The notes beneath the pieces were generated by a model. That model worked only from the letters and a program-made list of their open reading frames with translations. It made no database searches and was not told where the DNA came from. From positions 12,154,001-12,218,000 of the forward strand of contig CM052818.1 in NCBI GenBank assembly GCA_028534125.1: 64,000 nucleotides of DNA, given 5' to 3'. Positions within the stretch are counted from its first letter, which is position 1. Each line of letters opens with the position of its first letter. Position numbers and translations under genes: made by a program. Shown piece after piece: positions 62,031 to 64,000 of this stretch. This DNA is from Lama glama (Eukaryota).

Positions 62031-64000
62031 TGCAACTTGCGATGTACATTTGGTATTAGGTGTTTTAAAAACCTATTTTTTTTATTGCCAGATTGATTTG
62101 TTAAACTATTTTGCTTGAGTTTCTCTCTCTTTTTTCAAGAAAGGTCAGAGTTTTGATTTGTCTAAACTCCTGCAAGTCCTTTATTTCAGAGAGTAGTTCC
62201 TTCAAGGGACTCAGCTATTTCTTTATTGGTCACTATCCAATTTCTGGTGCCTCTAGGTTTTGCTATGTGTATCTTATGGGGGAAAAAGTATTTGTCCAGT
62301 TGGCTTCTTTGTAGGAATAACTGAAAGGGCAATAATTTGGCATTCGTTAGTTTTTAAAAAATGGAAGAAAGGGGAGGCTTTTAATTGTATGGGAAATTTA
62401 ATTAGATTTAGACTAATTAAATTCATTTTTTATATTAACATGTTCACAAATATTATTGCATCTCGTTAGATTTCATTCTTATAGCCTTACTGAACAATAT
62501 TCAGTAGTAGTTTCAGATTACAATAAGTTCGTTATGAAGATAAGGTGGAATTAGTGTAGGAAGCTCAGCTGGTTGAAGGGGTCTGTACTTTAATTACTGC
62601 AGAGGGTGTGCATATTAATTACAACACAAGTGATATTTACTGTACCTCAGGAACATATGACAGGGTAAAGATACTGACAGCACCAGCTAATAAACTCTGT
62701 ATGATAATGAGGAGAAAAGACCATAAAAATAGAAGGAAATAAAATTATTCATAAAGTATATTGATCCCAAAGTAAAGACATTAAGCTCTGATGAAGGGCA
62801 ACAAAAGGGAAGCTCCTCACTTTATCAAACAAATAACCAAAGTAGAGAAATGTTAGCAGGGAGACAGATTGTCATTATACTGGTCACATGATCGCACTCT
62901 AGAGAGTACACAGGAGCCATAAAGTGGGAGATTTTTAATAAATCAGCAGAAAGCCATACTGTCACCTGCAGGAATCGAGGTCGCGGTGGCTAAGGACAGC
63001 TTCTTAGAGTGGAGAAGTCGGATATGCTGCAGTACAAATGGGGAGGAACCACACGCGCACAGAATGTGGTTCAAGAGCCACTGTCCCCTCTTGGAAAAGC
63101 GAGGGGCCACCTAGGAATACTGTGACAGTAGCTCTCAGGAGTGACCCAGAGACCATCAGCCACTTTCCCCTGTGGTTTGAATTCACCAGCTATGACTTTG
63201 AGATGGTGAAGGGAAACAGGTGGGGGTTGCTTGGATAATTGTTCCCAGGAAATGCTCATTTACACCAAGATCCTGTCAAAATCTATACAGCTCAAAGGAA
63301 AGTTCAAATTTTGGCCTGGAGTGACTAACTCTGAGGTTTTATTTCTTTTGTTTTCTTTTTATGTAGGCCTCCAAAGGAATGGTCATTTTTTAAAACAATT
63401 ATTTAATCAACGACTAACGTTTATAAACAAGCTCATTTTAGAAAAAAAATTGGCTAACATGCTAATTCTTCATATGCATCAAAATATTGAATGTAGCCAG
63501 GTTTTTGTGAGGTATGTATTTGTTATCTTGGAGTTTACTAGCCAAAATCTGCCACAGATACTGCTTATGGTTGACTTATCATGGAGCAAAAGGACATCAG
63601 TTACCTGTTTATCATAACACATGAAATAATGATGTGGACCAAACCCTTTGAATCACTTTAAGTTGATTTTATGAGTAAAACATTTTTTGTGGGTGTATGT
63701 ATGAATAGTGATTTTACTATATGTTGGAAATATGTGATATAGATTTGTATCTGTGAACTTGAATGTAGCTATAACAGAATATGCAGTTCTGGTTAAAACC
63801 CCTCAACAGAGTAGCAGTGAGCCCAGAGACAAGTGAAGAGAGGGGCACACTTAGGGCAGCGTGTCCTCTGGGCCCGCACGGTGGTAATTTATCAGAGTGT
63901 CTGCAGACAGAAAACAAAGCAGAGAGTCCTTATTTTGGTTGAAATCCATAAAATCGTGAGTTGAAAGGATTAGACATCAAATTCTAGAATGAAATTATGG

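Noticed and set aside
61786..62049. 87-aa minus-strand ORF that looks protein-like (…EFLSSVKKERLALSLHLERLVREHLGQ…)
   Set aside because: Its 5' part overlaps L2-like fragments, I saw no good splice acceptor, and it matches no family I recognise. Probably a chance ORF.
63231..63617. 128-aa plus-strand ORF
   Set aside because: Non-ATG start, composition typical of AT-rich non-coding DNA, no splice or homology support.
63925..63940. CArG-like CCTTATTTTGG
   Set aside because: It has seven A/T bases between CC and GG, so it does not fit CC(A/T)6GG.

Overview
This is AT-rich mammalian (eutherian) genomic DNA that looks intergenic or intronic. I could not recognise any intact protein-coding gene. 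Much of the window is interspersed repeats: old and younger LINE-1 copies, L2, one CR1/L3 remnant, MIR SINEs, MaLR/ERV LTRs and hAT-type MER elements. Simple repeats and three exactly 500-N scaffold gaps are also present. The style of the L1 3' ends, and the absence of recognisable Alu, BovB/Bov-tA, PRE-1 or SINEC, suggest a cetartiodactyl, probably a camelid (inference). Most notable items: (1) a GC-richer, intronless, frameshifted minus-strand segment at ~57170-58730 that looks like a processed pseudogene of a parent I could not name; (2) an ancient CR1/L3 reverse-transcriptase remnant still readable in one frame; (3) an L1 with its RT domain deleted; (4) nested insertions with target-site duplications; (5) several well-formed splice-site pairs, three of which join in frame into a speculative 53-aa ORF. 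Repeat subfamily names come from recalled consensus motifs, not a search. Most repeat boundaries are approximate. I found no well-supported novel biological system.
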